From an uncultured archaeon (lineage in GTDB: Archaea > Nanobdellota > Nanobdellia > Woesearchaeales > UBA9642): a DNA stretch of 64,000 nt. Position 1 is the stretch's first letter, and the number at the start of each line of letters is the position of its first letter. The notes under the pieces are model-generated. The model was not told the DNA's origin. It saw nothing but the letters and a program-made list of their open reading frames with translations, and did no database searches. The translations under genes were made by a program, and so were the position numbers. The stretch lies in the NCBI GenBank assembly GCA_963777125.1, contig CAVZPN010000024.1:6596-70595 (forward strand). Reading direction: 5' to 3'. Below are positions 60,280 through 64,000 of the stretch, in pieces.

Positions 60280-63200
60280 ACCTCAAGATTCAATACAGAT
60301 GGTCCCCACATGTAAGGTAAACCTCCGACAGTTAAAACAACGACTTCTAAATCTTCGGCAGCTAATGAAACAATTATTTTACCGTTACTATCAATATCTA
60401 ATTGTCTAAAAATATTATATACCGCTAAATCATATGCATCATCAAAATCATAATCAGGATTAAATGTTTGTGAAGAATTAGTATAATTACATACTTTCGA
60501 ACCAGCATAATTTGAAGGAATAAATATAGTCGTATTATCATTATTCTCCGATTCAACTATCCATTTACAACCAACAACTTTAGGTAAAATCTCAGATCTT
60601 GCAATAGTACTTGGAATTAAAGCAGTATAAATAAAAGAATTATTTACAGAACAATTAGTATTAACTGAAGGATCATCACCAGTAGCCAATATTAATTGAT
60701 GAGTTCCTGAATTATTTAAATAACTAGGAGGTATTTGAATAATAAAAGGATCACCTAATCTAACATAATTGCTATTATATTTAGAAAGATTATATACTTC
60801 TACATCATCAATACTTAAATAATTAGTCCAATGTTGACCTGAGTAGGAAGTTATTTTTGCATCTATAATTCGCATACCTGAAGGCAAATTTATAGTTGGA
60901 CTACAATCATTAAATTTAGAACTTTCAAAAGTAATTTCGATTTCACCAGGAACAGGAGGAGATATTAAAGAAGTATAATTATAAGCAATATAACTATCAG
61001 GATATAGCGTTGATTCAGCAAATGCAGAACCAGAAAATATCATTGCCTGAGATTCGCGAGTAGAAAAACCAGAAACTATAGATGAAGCAATATCTTGGTA
61101 TATATCTGCGATGGCAGAAACATCTGTAGTAGTATAAAAATGAGTAGAATTATCACATGCTGCACTAAGATTTAATGTTTTAGTGCCATTAATACTTGAA
61201 GAAGTACCAAAAGCCACAGAATAAATACTTATATTACGACTATTATGTAAATAGCATGATAAATTGACAACCTGAGCAAAGGCAGTTTCATTACCATCTT
61301 CGCTTCCTCCTAAATCAGCAATAGTTGGACACATAACATTAAACACTCCAGTTGTAGTATTAGGACAACATGCTCTTCCAGAACAATCATTACAATAATT
61401 TAAACTTCCAACACCATCCCATGCGCGTACACAACTATTTGCATCACCATCACTCATAATTAATATTGCGCTCTGTCTTTCAGTCATATTTGCGCGTAAT
61501 TCCACATCAATAAATCCTGAAAGATTATCATTGTTTTTTAATTTTACAGCTAAAATATTATTTCCTTCAACAAAATTAGACATTGGAACAGAAACATTCC
61601 TATTCCAATAAGATCTAACATGATTAGTCGTATCATTATCAATTAAATTCCCATTTAAATATACTTCAGTATTATTGTCAGAAGCGACATATAGACGTGC
61701 ATCAGAAAATCTTGTAAGATTAGTCATTGAAAAAGTATTTCTATAATAAGTATTTCCAACATGATTTACAAATACTATCTGCACATTATCAAAATAAAAA
61801 ATACCTGATAAAGTAGCCTTATCACGACTAAGTTTCCCTCCAAAATCTAAATAATAACTGCCCGACTGAGTTAATATAGAACTTATATCTTGACTAAACG
61901 CTAAATCATCTGCGTTTGTATCAGGATCGTCGGTTGTCCAAACTTCGTAAGTTGAATCACTTGCCGTATGTCCGCTATCTTTTTGAGAACCTAGATAAGT
62001 AATATTTCCGGAAGTATTACTTATTCTTGCTTTAATCCAAACCTGATCAGCAGTTTTGTAACTTCCTGAATTTATCCACGAATAATCAAAAGATACAACA
62101 GCATAACCCCCATTTGAAATAATCGCAAGCATTTCATCAGTTACATTAAATTGAATACCATAAGAACCATCAGAGGTTTGTCTACTCGCAACACCACCAA
62201 TATTTATTCTTAATTGACCTCCAGATATTCCTGCAATAGTTACAGCAGTACTATTTCCACTATATGCACCTGTTTTATTATCCCAACCATCATTTCCACT
62301 AACATTTAATCCATAAGTGTTTGCAGTAGAATTTAATCTTCCTGAAGTAAAATCATTTGGTGACCCTAACACATCATTAACAGAAGCACTATAATATTCC
62401 CATAAATCTGCTGAAATATTATTTGAGTTAATAACTGCACCTAATCCAGACACTTTATATCCTATAGGAACATTTCCCTCTAACCAAGAAGAATCATCAT
62501 ATGAAATAATGTTCCAATTAGAATCAGGTAAATTAAATTGATGAGTAATATCGTATTTCCATAAATCTTTATGTAATTGAGGAGCTGAAAGATTAGATAA
62601 TAAATTATATGCATCAGTAATACCGCAAGAAATACAAGTAGAACCAGACGCTGAATAAAGATCTATTTCATCGCCTAATAAATTTTGATCATTAGTTAGA
62701 TTATACTTTCGTTTAGTATCATCAGCATAAGAAACTAAACCTATTCTATTTAAAGTAGTATTTAATAATACTTCATCAATAAAAATCTTATCAACACATC
62801 TAGCAACAGATATTCTACTTGTTGATAAACTATACAATGAAGGATCAGAGCAATCAAAAATATCATCACCATCATTATCACTATCAAACTCCCAATCCAT
62901 ACTACCACTTACATCTGTTGTTATAACTATGTCTCCAAATCCTTCACCATTACCAACTCTTATGGTTTGAAGAGTAATATTTTCAAACCCTATTCTTAGC
63001 GGAATTGTCGAACTATTAAAAGAAGAATAATCTATTATTGAAAAATTTGCATCAGTCAAATTCATTCTAACTTCACCATTAGAATAATTATCTAAAAATA
63101 CTGTTTTATTACCTAACGTCATAAAAAAAGTATTTTGTACAGTACTAGTATTTATCCTATAATGTAAATATATATTTAAACTATTTAATTCTCCAGGAAC

Positions 63201-64000
63201 GTATATTGAATCATAAAGGTTTACTGCACCAGCAATTCCTGGCAAATCATTAGTTTTATGAGTACTATAAGGATCATCTTGAAAATTATTTGTTTCATAA
63301 TCTATTTTTATATATCCTCCAGAGATATATGCTTTACTAAGATCTGTAAATGAAAAAGTAAAATTATTTTTGCCTTCAATTAAAGAAGCATTACAACCAG
63401 TTATTAACCAATAATCAGAAGTCATATTAATAGTAGATGCAGTAAATATGGAAACTCCTGTAGAACTATTACACGAAATATTGTTAATAGTTAAATGAAA
63501 TACTACACCCTCAGCGACATCTAATTCTAAAATCATTTGTAATACACGAATATTATTTAAATCAAAAGTTTTAGTGATATTACCCTGTCCGACAAACCCG
63601 CCAAAATAAGCATAGGATGAAGTTTTTTTATCACTTATTTTTCGTAAATAAGAAGTTCCTGACGAACCAAGTAATGGTTTTCCCTCTTCGATACCAGATA
63701 TCATTCTACTTGCAGAAATGGAATTTATTTTTAAAGCTAAATCTTGCAATAATATAGTGCTATTACCAATAGTAGTTTTAATACCATAATTATTAGGGAT
63801 AGAATTATTAATAACGTCTTCAAGCAATAATTGCGCTTTATCTTTCCTATTTGTCGCCCAATATATACCTATCTGCTCTAAAACAGTTTTATTAGTATCA
63901 GTAATATTTTGTGAATTTGTCTCATTAATAATAAAAGTGCTATTGAGCTCATTAATTCTTAATTCTGAAATTATAGATAAAATATCTTGTGATACAAAAG
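60270..64000 (-). CDS. Giant vWA-domain surface adhesin (5'-partial)
   Basis: The frame is open from the window end (FVSQDILS...). MIDAS DVSGSM, RIGLVSY, G.TCISCGI, ILIMSDG, IYSVAFG; many N-x-S/T sequons; ends PYMWGPS.L.LEVWQ. Confidence 0.85.
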   Translation of the reverse strand, partial: FVSQDILSIISELRINELNSTFIINETNSQNITDTNKTVLEQIGIYWATNRKDKAQLLLEDVINNSIPNNYGIKTTIGNSTILLQDLALKINSISASRMISGIEEGKPLLGSSGTSYLRKISDKKTSSYAYFGGFVGQGNITKTFDLNNIRVLQMILELDVAEGVVFHLTINNISCNSSTGVSIFTASTINMTSDYWLITGCNASLIEGKNNFTFSFTDLSKAYISGGYIKIDYETNNFQDDPYSTHKTNDLPGIAGAVNLYDSIYVPGELNSLNIYLHYRINTSTVQNTFFMTLGNKTVFLDNYSNGEVRMNLTDANFSIIDYSSFNSSTIPLRIGFENITLQTIRVGNGEGFGDIVITTDVSGSMDWEFDSDNDGDDIFDCSDPSLYSLSTSRISVARCVDKIFIDEVLLNTTLNRIGLVSYADDTKRKYNLTNDQNLLGDEIDLYSASGSTCISCGITDAYNLLSNLSAPQLHKDLWKYDITHQFNLPDSNWNIISYDDSSWLEGNVPIGYKVSGLGAVINSNNISADLWEYYSASVNDVLGSPNDFTSGRLNSTANTYGLNVSGNDGWDNKTGAYSGNSTAVTIAGISGGQLRINIGGVASRQTSDGSYGIQFNVTDEMLAIISNGGYAVVSFDYSWINSGSYKTADQVWIKARISNTSGNITYLGSQKDSGHTASDSTYEVWTTDDPDTNADDLAFSQDISSILTQSGSYYLDFGGKLSRDKATLSGIFYFDNVQIVFVNHVGNTYYRNTFSMTNLTRFSDARLYVASDNNTEVYLNGNLIDNDTTNHVRSYWNRNVSVPMSNFVEGNNILAVKLKNNDNLSGFIDVELRANMTERQSAILIMSDGDANSCVRAWDGVGSLNYCNDCSGRACCPNTTTGVFNVMCPTIADLGGSEDGNETAFAQVVNLSCYLHNSRNISIYSVAFGTSSSINGTKTLNLSAACDNSTHFYTTTDVSAIADIYQDIASSIVSGFSTRESQAMIFSGSAFAESTLYPDSYIAYNYTSLISPPVPGEIEITFESSKFNDCSPTINLPSGMRIIDAKITSYSGQHWTNYLSIDDVEVYNLSKYNSNYVRLGDPFIIQIPPSYLNNSGTHQLILATGDDPSVNTNCSVNNSFIYTALIPSTIARSEILPKVVGCKWIVESENNDNTTIFIPSNYAGSKVCNYTNSSQTFNPDYDFDDAYDLAVYNIFRQLDIDSNGKIIVSLAAEDLEVVVLTVGGLPYMWGPSVLNLEVWQ

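Noticed and set aside
755..60409. Many short ORFs in the track that overlap longer genes, mostly antisense (e.g. 755-967, 1772-2206, 3312-3689, 9073-9396, 29136-29438, 39780-40049, 46168-46476, 55618-55881)
   Set aside because: They are shadows of well-supported genes, with no motifs of their own.

Overview
Very AT-rich, densely coding chromosomal segment from a small-genome archaeon, most likely DPANN (Woesearchaeota-like). This is inferred from an archaeal histone, Hef helicase-nuclease, pelota, archaeal-type PheS/PheT, TrmB, HTH-10 and tandem Lrp regulators, BRE/TATA promoters and GGTGA-type RBSs. I saw no rRNA, tRNA, CRISPR array or transposase. The left half holds an envelope-stress-like operon (DUF1190-like, hflK, hflC) with a repeated structured intergenic motif, a phosphatase/exonuclease operon facing an AbrB-PhoU regulator, transglutaminase-like genes, an M32 peptidase, an AhpC/TrxB operon and Hef. 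The middle holds the histone, a duplicated Tat-signal pair, MEMO1, pheST, an Apyc1-like metallo-beta-lactamase, an ArmA/Rmt-like rRNA methyltransferase and pelota. pheS and pelota are each broken by one extra base next to the same GATTCT hexamer. The right ~18 kb is a Tad/type IV pilus locus (TadC, TadB, ATPase, coiled-coil protein, pilin-like protein, giant vWA adhesin) converging on an operon of pilin-like and paralogous Cys-containing surface lipoproteins. That locus is the best candidate for an undescribed host-contact system. All family calls come from motif recognition by eye; no searches were run.
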